Of a stretch of 64,000 bases of DNA, positions 1 to 14,175 are shown one piece after another (position 1 is the first letter of the stretch; every line of letters begins with the position of its first letter). The DNA is from Lingula anatina. Lineage: Eukaryota; Animalia; Brachiopoda. The translations under genes were made by a program, and so were the position numbers. The DNA is taken from positions 13,950,001-14,014,000 of the forward strand of contig CM120641.1 in the NCBI GenBank assembly GCA_051362555.1, read 5' to 3'. The notes below the pieces were generated by a model. The model worked only from the letters and a program-made list of their open reading frames with translations. It was not told the DNA's origin and ran no database searches.

Positions 1-384
1 CAATCAAATTGCACCTTCAAAAAGACGGACCCTGGGTGGCAGGGGGTTAGGTAGGATGACAAGGGTTGCAAAGTTGCCTTTTTTGCATTTCTACAAATGA
101 ACGGCTCTGATATTGCAAACACATTCAACATATGAACAGATAACATGAGATATTGAGAGCAAAAGTAGGCCTACCAAATCTTCAACCAATGCATTCGACG
201 GGGCGGATTGGTTTTTATGGAAGGGCCGCGGTGGGTGGTAGTGAGGGAGTGGAGTAACACGAAAATCCATGCGTTAGCACTCCTATTGACGATTCTGATA
301 TGTAGGCCTACTGGTTTTTAGCACAGTATGCCCGAGGCTGTTAAATTATTCGGACTCAAGTAGGCTGTGCTAGGACAGATATAA

Positions 385-656
385 CAGGGGCAGATCCAGG
401 GACAGGTTTTAACGAATGACAGGCCGCGGATGCGAAGCCGACTCTGCCCCCCCCCCCTTCTTGGCGTGGGGTCAGTGGGCCCCGAAAATTATTGGTATTT
501 TAGAGGGTGAACGGTGCCATTTGATACTGATTAGAACTATGATTCAGCTAGGCAAAATTCTAATTTCAAAAGGGGACCATAGGTGTGATTTTTTTTTTCA
601 GAAATCGAAGGAGGGGGGATCAGGACCTCCCCAACACCCCCCTAAAGCTGCCACTG
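385..656. mobile_element. Possible MITE with CAG(G/T)GGCAG termini
   Basis: caggggcagatcc...ctgccactg, flanked by tataa on both sides. TIR is short. Confidence 0.35.
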
Positions 657-1390
657 TATAAAATAGGCGTAGAAAACTCGTGTGCGGTAGAATTAACGAA
701 TGATTTTCGCTTTTCGAGGCGCAGTCGTGTTTGGAGAAAGAAAGCTTTTTCGAGTGTGCTGCTTACGATTTTCACGAGCTTTTTTTTTCCAGTCGGTTTG
801 AGAAAACCTTCTTACGATGGTACGCGGCTTCCCCTTCTAGGCTATCGGCTGAGACAGAGGAAGTTACCCTCCTCCCAATTCATCCACTCGAAATCTCAGC
901 TGAATATCCATAGTTTCTTTTTTTTATTTTTGTTTTTATTTTTGATTTTTGTCAATTATTTATTTTTTTCTTTTATTTATTTGTTTTGGTATAACTTGCG
1001 CGCATGGATAATTCTGAAAATGCAGCGTTTGTAATTCGGTATTATATGTCTCAGTGAAAACGGATTTATATATCAAATGCCATTTGTCTGTTGCTTTTTT
1101 AAAAAGTTTTTCAAGTTTTTGGAGGTACTTATGATAGAAATACCTCACAGGTTTAGAAATGCTGTTTATCTTCTTGCACTTTTTTTGTGTAGACATTTAC
1201 CGTTAACCAGAACATAAGGAGGCCTATACTTACAGAAATCCAGCTTCTTCACATTGCACTTGGCAAAGTTTCGTCGTCATTGCGTTTTTGGAGGGCGAGT
1301 GTCCTATGACAACCTTAAATTCGCTTGATTTGACATCTCGGGGGTAGCAACCAAGCAAAGCTGGAATCATTCATAAAAATATGTACCTGG

Positions 1391-1394
<4 letters not shown>

Positions 1395-1428
<34 letters not shown>
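1395..1428. repeat. (GA)n microsatellite
   Basis: 17 GA units. Confidence 0.95.
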
Positions 1429-1431
<3 letters not shown>

Positions 1432-2102
1432 ACTGTATGCTCCTATTGACAGAAAAATTCATGTAACACGTCCTCTTAATTGTATGTGCATTCTTGTCAA
1501 ATAGCTGTTTGAATTGATTTAAGAAAAGTAAGTGAAAAAAATAAGAATGTTTCCTTTATCCTATATTTTTCCCGTTCCTTTTTTTTTTATCGAATCCAAA
1601 CCGCTTTTTGACAAGAACGTGACCGTAAGCTTTTTAAAACAGGCGAAAGGAAAACAAACGCCTGTTATCAAGACTTGTTTAGATCCTTAGTTATTAAACC
1701 AATTCCGTTTAATCACTCCTGGAAAGATTGTAAAATATTTTGAAATCACTTACTTGTTGAACTGGCGGCATCCCACAGTACCTGAAAATATAGAGTGCGA
1801 TATGAAACTGTATACAAGTTACAACATAAAATGTCGCCGTGGCGGGGTGAATGTGTTGGGTGGGAGAATCAAGACCCAAATTGCATTAGATGAGACCGAA
1901 ATATATCCACCATTCTTGTATCAGCATTTCTTGCCAAACTTTAACCTGAAGGTTATTTGTTATTGAAATTTGTGAGTTTGAGGAGATTTGGTTTGTGTTT
2001 AAATCCTTTCATCATTGAATCAGATGTAGAGTTGTGGATAAATCTGATAACAATACAGTGTTATATGAAAAAGATAGTATAGGGCAAGCTGGATTTTTGT
2101 TT

Positions 2103-2353
2103 ACATACACACACACACTGGACAATAGAAGTGTCACCCCTACTGAACCAATACTTTGGGGGAGACAAATGACTGTGGAATGATATGCTCCTGGTATCAT
2201 TTTATTTACATCAATTTCACAAAAAGACCAACAATACAATTCCATGGTACTGCGGTTTTATACTCATTAGTCACATTATAAGTAGACCAGGCATTATAAC
2301 TTTGATTACTCTGATTCAGGGGGTGACACTTGTATTGTCCAGTGTGTGTATGT
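2103..2353. mobile_element. Small inverted-repeat element, probable TA-targeting Tc1/mariner-type MITE
   Basis: acatacac..actggacaatagaagtgtcacccc is the reverse complement (1 mismatch, CA-length variation) of ggggtgacacttgtattgtccagtgtgtgtatgt. Confidence 0.6.
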
Positions 2354-3000
2354 TTACATGTAGGTAGAATAGTATTGTCACGGATCCAGGCTGTGTATTT
2401 TTCTTCGCCAAACAACAGAAGGCTTTGTGTCAAATCATAAAAATGTTTTAAACAAATCTTTCCTTCCCTTCCCTTCCATGAGTATAATTGTCAGCCGGCA
2501 ACACGGTCTGGCCGACTGTTTACGCTATTGTATTATTTTTTATATTTTAAAAAGGAAAACAAAGCCCTCACAGTGCGAAGTGAACTTTTGAATTTTCATC
2601 AGTTTGCCGGATGAATGGTTCTTTTATCGCTTATATTATGAGATATCTCAAGAGAAACAGTGACAAAAACCGTGCGAAATAAGAACATCTACTTTAACAA
2701 CAAAGCAACCGTTGATCATCGATATTCCCACGAGGATTGCCTGGGACACACAACGCAACACATTTTACAAGTGGAAGAAAACACCACACATCAAACATAG
2801 ATCCATTATGTCATGTTTACTGCTAGGCTATGATGTAAATATACTTGGTTTGAGTTTTGATGCAGGGTGTCCCGACTGACGACGTAAGTCCGTCTGTACA
2901 CTAGCGGGCCTAGAATTTTAATACGGGGGGAGGGAGAGGGAATGATGCGAATATTTTGCCTCTCTTCGCCATTTTATTGATGTAAATAAAGCACAGCGAT

Positions 3001-3034
<34 letters not shown>

Positions 3035-3150
3035 GAGAAAGGAGTACCTCCGAAACTGAGGGGTAAGCATGTGACCCACTGTGTCGCCCCGCCCCAACGG
3101 AGCCGCCTTTTACGTGCCATAAAATAGCGAATGCCCGTGTGAAGCCTTAA

Positions 3151-3648
3151 GTCTCGGTCACAACCGGACGCACGAGTTTTTCGTAATTTTCGATATTTTT
3201 GAAACGTTGTACACGAGGCACAAGCGACGTTATTTGTCGAGACACGAGCGTGCATGGTGAGAACGCCTTTTTATACTGTTGGTGCGGGGGCGACGCACTT
3301 CCGCCGTCCTTTCGACTTTGTTCGTTAGCTGTGAGGGCGTGCGTCGTACTCAACACGCAAAGGACACTTGCTCTTTCATTGTTTACGACGTGCGTCTTGG
3401 ACCTCGCACGACTCACTTGCATACTTCTCGCGAACTCCTTGCGAGTGGAGCAAGTTAAGTTTGCGGCCTCGCTGTTCGCAGATTATTCGTAGAATCATTT
3501 GGACATGTCCAACATCCTCCGTACGTGCTTACGGACTGTCTGCAAATTCCAAATTTCGCAAGAAGAACTTGCGCGGCACGTGAGATTCTGCGAAAAATTT
3601 GGACGCAAACAGGCCGTAAGAGCCCGTACGGCCGGTTGTGACCGAGGC
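3151..3648. mobile_element. MITE, 498 bp, ~25 bp imperfect TIRs, flanked by TTAA on both sides
   Basis: TTAA|gtctcggtcacaaccggacgcacg ... cgtacggccggttgtgaccgaggc|TTAA. Confidence 0.8.
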
Positions 3649-6600
3649 TTAAGTTACGTTTGCCGAGCGCTAGTATCCGATATATTTTGTAAAGTGCCCG
3701 TTTGTCCTTTTTCGAGCGGGGGCAGTTGGTGGCCGCAAGGAATCGTTCGAAATTTTACAGCTTTCTGTAGCACGCTGAAACACTTACATGTCAAAAAAAA
3801 AAAAAAAAAAAAATCGCACAGAAAATCATGTGCGTTTTCATCGTACGGCACCCGTGGCAAATGAACCCTAGGCTTAAATCGGTAAACAGGAATAAACAGC
3901 GGTCAAGTCCAAATCTTGGAAATAAGAACATTCAACTCCATGCGAAGGCATGAATAAGGACTACAAGGTGCAAACGGAGGACATAGATGCATTCGAAAAA
4001 TTGAATTTACAACAGAAGTGAAAACAAGGATTTCTCAGTGGACATGCACCGCATAACAAAATTGTCGTTTATAATCATAGTAATGAATAGATAAGAAAAA
4101 CGAAGTAAAATGAAAGACATTCAAACTAAAAAGGGTAAATGAAATGTAACAATCAAGAAAAATGAATAAATAGACAGACGAATTAAGATAAATGAAATAA
4201 ATTGAATACAAGTGAAAATAAAAATGATAAAAAAAAAGAATGTGCCAAAAACATATTCTTTGTATTTATAGAACAAAGAGGCACTTCATTTTTTTATTTC
4301 TATGGAGGGATTTTTAATTTTTTAGTCACTTTTTACGTACGCCGTCTCGTCTGTTTGCGTTTGAGCTAAACCAGCAACCTTACAGTGTATGATGCCATAT
4401 TTCAAAACAAACCAAGAAAAATTATATCATAACGTTGCAGCATCGCTCTTTCCTTAGACAACACATGACTTTTAACTGAATCAAAATAACAAATTAATCA
4501 ATTTTGACTAAAAATACCAGGACATTTGTTTTTGGTAATAATCAACATATTTGCTTATCTTTAAACCTATCTATTTAAGTTATTCAATTAATCTTTGTTT
4601 GATAAATATTGAAATCTTTGTGAGGTATTACTTTGTCGATATTAAGTAACTGGCGACATACCAAGTAGATGCAGTTGAACTATTTATCGTGACAGAAATC
4701 ATAATGAAGTCTTAATTAGCCAAGTAAACGTAAGACCGATAACCTGTCGGAATATCTAACTACTTATTAAACATTTTTAATTCATATTTGTTCGGTTGAT
4801 GACAGAGGCAAAATAAAAAAGGAATATAAGTAATAAAAGGTAATAAAAAGATTTTTTACTTGTAGGAACCAAAAATAATTTAATTTTCTAGGAGAAAAAC
4901 GTTTTGCTTTGACAAATTTGTTTCACGACTCTTCGTTACTTGCATTGGTTCATGCTTGAACCCATCAAACTAGCAGTTATTTTAATGGGTCCTAGGGTCG
5001 TGTAACGTATTGGCTGTTTAGCGGTGAGAAAAAGATCACGCCTCTTTCTTTTTGAATTGAGTGTAAATAGATAATAAAAACAACTTAAAGTAAACGTAGT
5101 TGTATTCTAAAATTGAAATTTTATAGTCCTGAAGTATTATACTTGTATAAGATAAAAAAAGAACACTGGATAGCAGAATTTTCGTGGAAATGAAGTTTGG
5201 GTTCACCTACCCCAATATGAAACGCTATGCGGTTCAAGACCGATAATGAATTTTCTTGCTCTAAATTCTCTACATAAGACATGTTCGAATTTTTTTGTTT
5301 TCTTTTTTCTTTTTTGATAAATAAGCACTTACCACTATTAGAAGGAACCCAAAAATCCACGCTCCCTCTGGCCTTCCCATTCTGCCGGCGGTGTGGCGTC
5401 GACGAAGTTGTCAACTGGGAGTCTGTATTCGCCAAGGTTAGCCAACTGAAGGTAGAAAATCTAAAAAGGGCGATGCCGTTCATTTGCATTAGGGCAAAAA
5501 ATTATATTGATTTTTGAGTTTCCACCTCTTTGTACGAAGGATTGCACCGTAACGTCGTCAATACAAAATAATTCTATGGAATAAAACAAAAATCAATATT
5601 TCTGGATACCGTTTCACTTTTTACCTCACCTCGCCAGGGCAGTGAAAGTTTAATCAATTTTATTGATTATTCGTCTGTTTATGAAGTGGAGCTCATGTAA
5701 TTTTTATGTACAAACAGGAACAAACTCTTTTTGTTTAAAGTCTAAAACGAATAGCTATTTTTTTCTGATTGGTTAGATATAATCACTTCAGGTTTTTGTT
5801 CATGTCCATGGACATATCATGTCAAATGTATTTCGTAGGCTGTAAATGGGCTCTCATCCAAAGCCGCTATGAAAAAAATATCCTCACACGCAGCGTTCCT
5901 ATTATTGGTTAAACGTCTAAATCGATCAACCAAAACATGTTTTGTCGAAGTGAAATGACAACAATTGATTTCCAGTTGCGTAAGGAAAGGTAATCAATGT
6001 CAGTTATCCGCAATTTCAATCAAAATGATAAAAATTATTAGCGTGGACGCCAGGGAAGTGAAAAGTAGTCGATGCAAAATATTGACGTGGGTAAAAAAGA
6101 AAGCATTATCTGCCGAGTTAGCGTTATTATTATTATTTTTTTTTTTTTTGCTTCCGTATGATAAGAAAATGCCATTTATTATTGATAATCATTAGTAATA
6201 CTTCACGTTTAATGGTCTTATTATTTTTGAACAATGCATGTGAATGCTGATCACTTTCTTTGTCTTTCACTGACCTGGCATAGCAGTGATCGATTATTTT
6301 TATTTTTTGAACAAGTTTCAGTATAAAATCACTACAATTGTCTTTTTGCGTGTCTCATCTTCTGGGAGACTAAACATGTTTAATACGTGTGTTGGAATAC
6401 ATACTCATTACCAGCTAAGGGGAGTTGCCCGCAATAAATTCTCTACTAGCAAGAACCCTTAATGATAAATTTGAAATTTATTTAAAGTGTGAATTGTTTC
6501 CTTAAATGTATATATATAGGCCCTTTTTCTTTATAATTTCCAGGAAGACATCTTCGATGGAACAAATGGACAACACATCTGATAGTGATAAAAAAATAAA

Positions 6601-7077
6601 ACCTTCTCTGAGGAGAACTCTGCCATCGGTTGTCAAGGCTGACCCTCAAGACCTTTTTTTAATAATTGTACTTCTTGTACGATGTATATAGATGCTCAAA
6701 ATTAAAGGATTGATTTTTCAAATGGCAAAGCGCATCTTAAGCTTTCCACATAAAGCTAAGTTGAATCACATTCGAACTTGCATCGGTGTGTTTATAACCC
6801 AGAACATCCGCCCATTACTAAAATAACTTCATTACTATATTCTGTGGAATCGGTCATTGATTTGAACATGTTTGAACAAAGCATCGCCGTCTTTTTCTCT
6901 CTAGCTATCTCTTCCTTTTTTTGCTGCCCTTATTTTTCTCAGAAGCACGCACGCATTCACGCATACACACGTACGCATACACATACAAGCGCGCGTGCAA
7001 ACCCGCATGAACTCGGTCACACACAGATACACACAGTCTTGAAAAGATGACTAAAACATGATTGCTTTGCGAAACAC

Positions 7078-7083
7078 TTTATT
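7078..7083 (-). terminator. Candidate polyadenylation signal of the polycystin-like gene (3' UTR about 1.07 kb)
   Basis: AATAAA on the minus strand followed by a GT-rich downstream tract (CA-rich on plus, about 6950-7035). Confidence 0.4.
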
Positions 7084-8145
7084 GCATGATAGATTTCACA
7101 CTTAAGAAGTTAGGTGCCGGTTAATGTTAAAACTCACATGATGAAAAGAAGACAACTGACAGTGCAAGCTATGTCCAGAAGCGATCAAAATATCAACCAG
7201 TTCAACAGTGTTCATAAACGAAGAAAGACAATTATAAAAATAAGGAGAGATGATTGTCCCTTTAATGATGGCTAACATCCGTACTTGACTTATTGTAATT
7301 GCGCACAATATAAGCCAACCTCTCTTTTCGTATCTATTGTCGCGCCCTCTCTCCCCCTTCATCCTTATACTTGGTTTTTTCAGGAAATAATCCACCAATG
7401 CAGTGTAATTCCTTCGTCATTAATGTTTTTAGATTTAAAAAAATTGCAAAGTAATTTAGAATACCTGTCACATAACCTTTAATAAACCCTGAGGCCATAG
7501 TATGTTTTTTGACAAAGACTGTCACTGGATAATGGATCAAAGCGAAAAGTTTCAAGAATATGTAAAAGCATGCTCTATAAACTTAAATCTATTGTATTTG
7601 AAGGTAGCATTTCGATTTAGAGAAAATTCAAATAAACCAAATGTCAACTTCACACGCAATTACCAATAACTGAGCAGCATTTGTCACATAGAAGTTTCAT
7701 AAAATCGATAAGACAAGAGTTTTTTTTGTATGATTAGTATTTGGTAACCTCCTCCAACGGCTTTTTGATAATTAATTGTTTGTCGCATATCGGTATGCAT
7801 TGTATTTCACTACATCAATCGATGAGAAAAATAGATTATTTTTGAATAATTAATCAAACACTTAATTGATTCCAATATCAAAGTCTCTGAGATATTGATT
7901 AATGAGATCGCTTAAATGAGGTTCAAGAAAGGAGTGGCCTGTGTGGCCTCGTATCATAGCAATGGATGTTTTTAAATTTGAGTATGACACAACTATAAAT
8001 TTTAACACATTTAACCTTGAGTTTATAGAACAGTTTCCACTTAAAAATTTTAATAAGTTAAAATCACACACATTTCTTCAGAGAGTCCAATATAATCTAC
8101 ATGGTTCAAGGCATTTCAGGTAAATATCATTTCACAGACGTAGGT

Positions 8146-11100
8146 TTAAGCCATAAGAATTTTCCGTTTGGCAGGTTTCATCGCTTCCATCTCTTTCATA
8201 ACCCTCTTGTCTGTGGCCTGGATGTCCAAATAATTTTCCAGCTTTCCGATCATGCTTTCTATCTTTTGATCTAGATCCTCAACCGTGCCTTCTCCGCCGT
8301 CTGGAAAACAAATGAAGTCTTGATTCAACAACAGAGAAATAAAAGTAGACTGTAGACTCTAGGCATAATTTCCATCTATTGCTTTTCTTTTGGCATTTTC
8401 GTACCCAAGGGGCATTTCTGCGCAAGAATACACGAAGGTGATCTGTGTTTTGAAGTTGAATACAAGTATGTACACACTTCGAATTCTTTATGACTTCAAA
8501 TGTGTAGATTGTTGAGAGGGAGGAAATAACCAGAATTTAAATGTAGACATATGGCGAAATAAAATAAATTTCAACAAGAGGGGAATAAAGAGAAAAGACC
8601 GTTGCCGCGCTTACAGGATTCCAACAATTGGCACAACCAAGTTAAACTAACACAATTTACATAGACATCTATCGCATTGCTCTGAATCACAACAACCAGC
8701 GATACATATATAAAGTACAGAACAAGTGCATTACACACCTTGATATTGGAACTTGCTGGGCACATAAGGCTCCGGTTTCTTCCCTGTGCTAATGCCAAAC
8801 ATTCCTTTGACCGCGTTCACCATGTATTCCACAACTTCAAGCTCATTTTTCTCCTTGGAGGTCATGTAGCTGACGTAGGCAAAGGCATCCATGATCAAGG
8901 TTAGGAACAAGTTTACGACGATGAACGACACGAGAACCATGAAGGTGATAAACATGATTCGCGCAAAGAAGGGACTCACTGCGTCGATTTCGTAGAAATC
9001 AAACTTGTCTGCAAGAGTTAAAAGGTTGATTGAGTTAACCAATCTCACGTTGATTTGAGAGTAAGATGATTCAAGTCTTTATGCAAAAAATGTCCATTCT
9101 TCAAACGTTACATAAAATACCTGCTCGTCTAAAAAGAGGTAATCTTGAAAGAAAAAAAAAGACAACAACAAACCATAACGTATACGCGACAAAAGACAAA
9201 TATAAAAGAACACAAATACTTACTCAACATCATGGAAAACAGAGTCTCCAACGTTGTAATAAATGTGCTGTAGTTGAGTAGTACTCTTCCAAACAGGATG
9301 TAAGCAAATTGGCCGTAAGCAAGGAAAATGATGAAGAAGGCCATAAGGTACACAAACATGGGTTTGCCTGCCTCTTTTAGGGTTCTGCCAATCACAGACA
9401 TTCGACGGTTAAATCTCATTAACTTCAAAAACTTGACGGTGTAGACAAAAACCATGATACCCATGAGGATTGTGTAACACTGAAAAATAGTCAAGTATTT
9501 AGTGTTTTAAATGGGCATTTAAGAAATGGATTCATAATAGAATAATAAGACTGTACTTAAAATAAGAAAATGGAATAAAATTACTTTTTTTTCATAACGC
9601 ACGGCTGTCTGTCTGTTAGGTGAAATCTTAATATCGCAATAGCATTTAGAATCGCAAAAGATGACTGAGGCTATATGACAAAATATATCACAAAGATATT
9701 TTATAATAGAAAATGGGGGTGGGGCAAAATTCTTCCTCACCTCATCCCAATAGGCAGCGTATTGAAAATTGACAAATTGATGGGGGTCCTCACTGAATTC
9801 TGAGGAAACCATTTTGGAAATAAGTAGACGGTAAAAGTACATCACAATTGCTCCAATTGACACAATGAGAATGAAGAATTCAACGGCGTTCCAGAACTCC
9901 TGCAAAAGGCAAAAATCGTCAAATTAATGTATTTTCGGGGTAATTCTTCATGTATATGATGTTGACCATATGACAACCTCAAGCACTTTTATAAAATACA
10001 TGTTTTGCTTTTTCTTAAACTTAAATTATTTTGTTTCCTACATGTAGATGAGCTAATACACACCCACTTTTTCAACCTACTGCCATTTACAACACGATGC
10101 GTTCCAGCTATAGTAAAACCTTTCTCTATAAGTACACATATAAAATAAGAAAAATCCACACAGAATTAAACCCCGCTACTAACCTTGATATAAATTTTGA
10201 ATCCCTCTCTCCTTATATCTCTTATCATCTTGACCAAAAAGAAAATAATAAATGCAGCGACCAAGATCTCCGCACCCAAGACCATGAACATATAGGTTCC
10301 CACGTAGCGGTCCAGCCGCATCACGTTCACCTTGTAAGACGGCCAGGCACCTGAGTGTAAGGAAGGTTAAAGAACTCAGTTTTTAGTCTCCGCCAGCTCA
10401 ATTTTTTAAATCATTTTCATTCCAAACCAATCTTTGCTTTTCGTCATTTTTTCTCATCCACTAAAAATGATAAATTGTATCGACCAATGGAGAATGGTAA
10501 ATTTAGGTTCTCCGTGGCAAAGGTCCACTTTTAATATCACTGTGAACATTAGATACCTGTGAGGGAAGTTTAGGGCGATTTATAAGTTGATCAGTCACAC
10601 CCAAACCTAGTCCTGCCTAAATGTAATACGTTTATTTTCTCATTTAGACTAAAACAACATTAAAACTAACAAGTTCAATCGATAAAATGATTTTATGTTT
10701 TATTTTACTTAAAAAATGCTTAATGCAGTATGTTTAATAAAATATATTCATGTACTCCATGACTTCAGATTTACTTAAGTGCCAAAACGTATCATTAATG
10801 CCACTTACCTCCAGACTGAGGAAACTCAACGACGGAGTACGATATGGCAAACAAGTTAATGTTAGGATTCCACATCACAAATTCCACAATCACGCCGCGG
10901 GTGTACCGGTCTATCCACAGATTATCCTTGAGTTCTTGTATCACAGACAGAGCGGTTGCACTATCCGTTCCTAGCTCAGCCACGTAACCTCCGCCCCCAT
11001 AGGTGGATATACGACCAATTATTGGGTAGCCGTCGGTTTCGGAACTTGTACGGTAAGTCCAGTGTGCATCCGGCTGGGAGTTGGGGTCTGCAGATTTAAA

Positions 11101-14100
11101 ATAATGACTACAGTTGATAGGAATGCTCTTTCAAAACAATGGTATTCGTTGGTTGGATATCCAAAGTTAATGTGAAATTTTTTGAAATATTACTTAGTGT
11201 TAACTTGATGTGAGGTTAACCTTTCAATCATTCCTGCTGGCGTCCGGTAATAATGTTGCTCTTCTTAAAGGGTCACTGTTGGGCCCAATACTCATCAAAA
11301 TATTTTTCTTTCTTGATAGCAAATACAATTAAATATTACAATTTACCTGACGTATTAATAACTTGCCATCCAATGCCATAGCTCTCTTCGTCTTCTCCAA
11401 ACATACTGTAATCGGGACGACACTCGCGGACGTACTTGTAGATAGGCGGCATACACATTTCTATAAACGAATCCGAAAATATTGGATTGTGAAAAAGTAT
11501 ATGCACTCCCAGCAGCTAAATGATGATATACAGTATTCCACTTAAAAGTGACACCGAACGGTGGTCTGTTATATGGAAATACTGTTTCGGCAAACGAAAG
11601 GGTGCGATTAATAGAAAGCTCCCATATTATAATACATCAACATTATTTTCGTATCTAAATGTAATGATATCACAAACACCAATCAACATTTGACTTACAT
11701 ATTCAACTGTGTATTGCTGGAAAAATACGGTACGATGTAACTTTAATCGAAAATAGGGTGCTGGGCTGAATTAGAAAAATGTATAACGCAGGATAGAGGG
11801 GGAAAATAAAATATTGTACTTACTTGGCTTAGTTTTCAGAAGACGTAATCTCGGAGCGCCTACACGGTACGTCTGCTGGTCCGCTAGGAATCCGTTCTGC
11901 CAAGTGTAATCCTGACCGTCGTAGAAAGGTATACCATATATGGCCGGGACTAGAGTTTGTTCAGCCCAGGACCAAAAGTCCTCGCTCTTCAGGATCTGTG
12001 AATGTGTAAGGAATGAATACAGTATTACTGCCCTGCTGTCATGATCAAGAAAATCTAGTCTAGCAGTAGTCTCATAAAAATGATGAAAAATGCTAGGAAT
12101 CAACGATTATTACTGAAATTAATTAAGAAATAAATATATAAGATCGCATTGTGATAAAAAAGGCAGTCAAACGTTTCAAATACAATTTGAATAACGATGA
12201 AAATACAATTGCACAATGTTTGACTACCATGAATCAGACAAAAATAGTTACCGAATCAAACTGTGGTGGACTATCTGTATCTAGGAAAGATCCTTTGGAG
12301 ATCATGTTTTCAACGTTTTCATAAAAATGGAACGACCATGGATCTCTGTTACCATACCCAACCATGAATAGTAAGTACGTGAAGACAAAGTAGATGAGAA
12401 TTTCTCGGATTACTGCTTGTGTCTTGATTTCTTTAAATCTGAAATACAAAATAAAAGTTTCATTAATCAATGTAAAAAACTTTATGAAAATTATAACTTG
12501 TTTTTTTTTCATGAAAAAGAGTAAATGTCAAAGTCATTAGAGATCCTACAGGCAAAATAAGTAATATACCGCATGAATATTTCTATCCAAGTACATTATG
12601 TTCAAACACCCAAAACGAAAAAAAAACCTCATCACAAAAAAGTAATTTCCAAAATTGCACAGAAAGACGCGTTACACACTGTATAAATAAAATTATTTTA
12701 AAAAAACTTATTACTTGACGATGCCTCACCTCTTTTCTCTGGCTGCTCGTATATACTCTTCATCTGGGGGTTCTGGTGCCAACGAAGGCTTCATGGGTTT
12801 GGCGGCGCCGGTCATTTGGTCTTCGTGCAGATATTCTTCATCGGGTTTTAGGTTATTGTCTCGGTCTTCGTCGCCCTCTTCGTCTACATCCGGGGACTTG
12901 ATGACCAGAGCATAGAATACAGCCAACCCAAAGATCTAGCGTAACAAATATATACATAATAAGTTAAGATGCAGTTCAGTCAGGTTGTCAAATCGCGTGG
13001 AAGGTGTAACATGTGAATGAAAGATTTTGATCCAATTTATCCCTATAAACTTTTACCATTAATTTAATCATGTTATTGCCGTTTACCAGAGTCACAGTAT
13101 TATATTTCAATAGATAATCACAGATATGCCTCTTGCTATTTCTATTCGCTTTTCTGGACTGTGAAAATTTATGTAGAGCATGTACAACATTACTCAGCTG
13201 GCCTCTAGCATAGAATATCATGATATTATGTGCGACGGCTAAGTAAGCCTCTGAACATAACTACGAAACGTGGCGTAGGTAATGTCACTGACATAATAAA
13301 TACCGGTATTTAATTAACGTTTGAATAAGACTGAATGGCACGACTGTTACTTGAATATATGCTGTAAGTTATTCCTAAAACACCATTACCTTTATTGGCT
13401 GTGTTAGGAACACGGATTCCATGCAAGAGATCATAAAAGACCCTAGCCACTGCTCAGCTTTCGTTGCCCCCATGGCCCCAGCAAACTCTGTACAGAAGTA
13501 CACTGACAGAACAACGCTGCAGAAACTGACAGAGTACGCAATGTAGATAGACCACCAGGGGAAGCGTATTCCCTTCTTTTTCTTCTTCTTCTTGGACTTG
13601 TCCTCCTCTTTGGTCGCATTTTTGACAGCCGGTGTGCCTTTGTCCGAACCGATGTAACTGACGCCCACTGATGATTTTGGTGTCGGGGTCATGAGCAGGC
13701 GTTTAGAATGGTCACCCGTTTCCAGGAACTGTTTCTGCTTTTCTAATTCGTCACTCAAGGTTTCGTCGCCCGTTTTGGTATCATTTCCGTACGTTGACGT
13801 AATAGGCTTCTTTGGCTTTGGTCTGGACAATCTGAACAGCTGGACGATCAATAAGTTAATGGGGAAAACTATCAAACTGGCTATGACTCCTGTTATAATG
13901 CCTTCCAGCGTGAATTGAAGAGGCCCGAGTTTGTAGACCTGTGGTGTGGACTGACTGTCTGCTTTGTAGAACATTATGTTGGACAACATGGTGCAGAAAA
14001 GGAGCGAAAGCACGCAGGTGAGACGCTGGACTCTTGTAAAGTGACTCCTGCGTGGGCGTGTGAAGATGGAAAACCAGATGTGGCCATCATACAGATTCTT

Positions 14101-14175
14101 CTTGGTTTGCGACCAGAACAAATGATTGAATTGGGTCAGTTCCTCCTTACCGGCAAGTGGAACAACGCGGTCGAT
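8146..14175 (-). CDS. Polycystin-like exons 34-44: TM2-TM11, TOP domain, TRPP-like pore region, C-terminal coiled coil
   Basis: DGHIWFSIFTRPRRSHFTRVQRLTC; VGAPRLRLLK; LKDNLWIDRYTRGVIVEF; KFLKLMRFNRRM; FIVVNLFLTLI; VEDLDQKIESMIGKLENYL; TAA at 8146-8148. Confidence 0.92.

Noticed and set aside
2974-3864. Cluster of 70-120 aa ORFs
   Set aside because: They lie in a GC-rich MITE and poly-A tracts; no transposase or other motifs.
4318-6130. Scattered short inverted repeats suggesting an old DNA transposon
   Set aside because: Could not define consistent termini or a TSD.
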